64,000 nt of DNA, taken from the NCBI RefSeq assembly GCF_044704955.1, contig NC_091984.1, positions 143,778,001 to 143,842,000 of the forward strand, written 5' to 3'. Under the pieces are notes generated by a model. The model was not told the DNA's origin and ran no database searches. It worked only from the letters and a program-made list of their open reading frames with translations. The translations under genes were made by a program, and so were the position numbers. The stretch is from Pristiophorus japonicus (taxonomy: Eukaryota). How positions within the stretch are numbered: the stretch's first letter is position 1; the number at the start of each line of letters is the position of its first letter. This document shows positions 63,446 to 64,000 of the stretch, in pieces.

Positions 63446-64000
63446 GTCCGTCTGATGTGTCAGCGTGTTTGTCACACGTGACGGAGCAGACAGCAGGAGT
63501 TCCACCAGCAACACAGGACGTTACCTCAGTGCCCGGCCCACTTTCCCCATCCACTTACCACATTCTTACAGGTAAACGGGCTCAGCACCTGCCCTCGGCC
63601 GGTGAAATGTCTGCCCTCTACACCACAGGCTGCCCGTCATCTGTTCCCCATCTCACTACTGAAGGCACTACCTCTGGCTGGGGCAAAGCTCCCCTCCCCA
63701 AGTGGGCTCACTGTCCCAGTGTGAGCCCAGAGACTGAGCTCCCAAGTGGGCTCATTGTCCCAGTGTGAGCCCAGAGACTGAGCATTTCAGGCTAATCGAC
63801 CGTGAGGTCTCAGCCGTGGCTCAGTCACTAGCACGCTCGTCTCTGAGAAAAGGAAGAAAGACTTGCATTTATATAGCGCTTTTCACAACCGCCAGGCATC
63901 CCAAAATGCTTTACAGCCAATGAAGTAATTTTTGAAGTGTACTCACTGTCGTAATGTCGGATATGCAGCAGCCAATTTGTGCAAATCAAGCTCCCACAAA

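Overview
Repeat-rich vertebrate genomic DNA, most consistent with a shark or other cartilaginous fish (Deu-domain SINEs, CR1/RTE/Tx1/L2 LINE debris, cluster-type Ig organisation). The core gene is one apparently intact, unrearranged kappa-type (NS4-like) immunoglobulin light-chain cluster on the + strand: leader 46030-46078, V 46266-46567 with a 12-RSS, a 23-RSS plus a single J 48013-48047, and C 59190-59518. A second intact C exon lies on the - strand (24062-24390). It has no V or J of its own and sits in an inverted duplication (about 21815-27620 vs 55640-60605), so V-J is enclosed by two inverted C cassettes. A second inverted duplication (about 30185-30645 vs 40385-40810) carries a PU.1/IRF composite-site module, and a direct duplication (about 51370-52740 vs 63020-64000) carries an E-box/Runx module. 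The left 10.5 kb is the 5' half of a decayed endogenous retrovirus on the - strand. It has a tRNA-Arg PBS, a coiled-coil and CCHC gag, and PR-RT-tether-RNase H, resembling lokiretroviruses. A Tx1 LINE is inserted in its gag and a Harbinger transposon in its LTR. Most other ORFs in the track are LINE fragments or chance ORFs. All alignments and motif calls were made by eye, with no database search.
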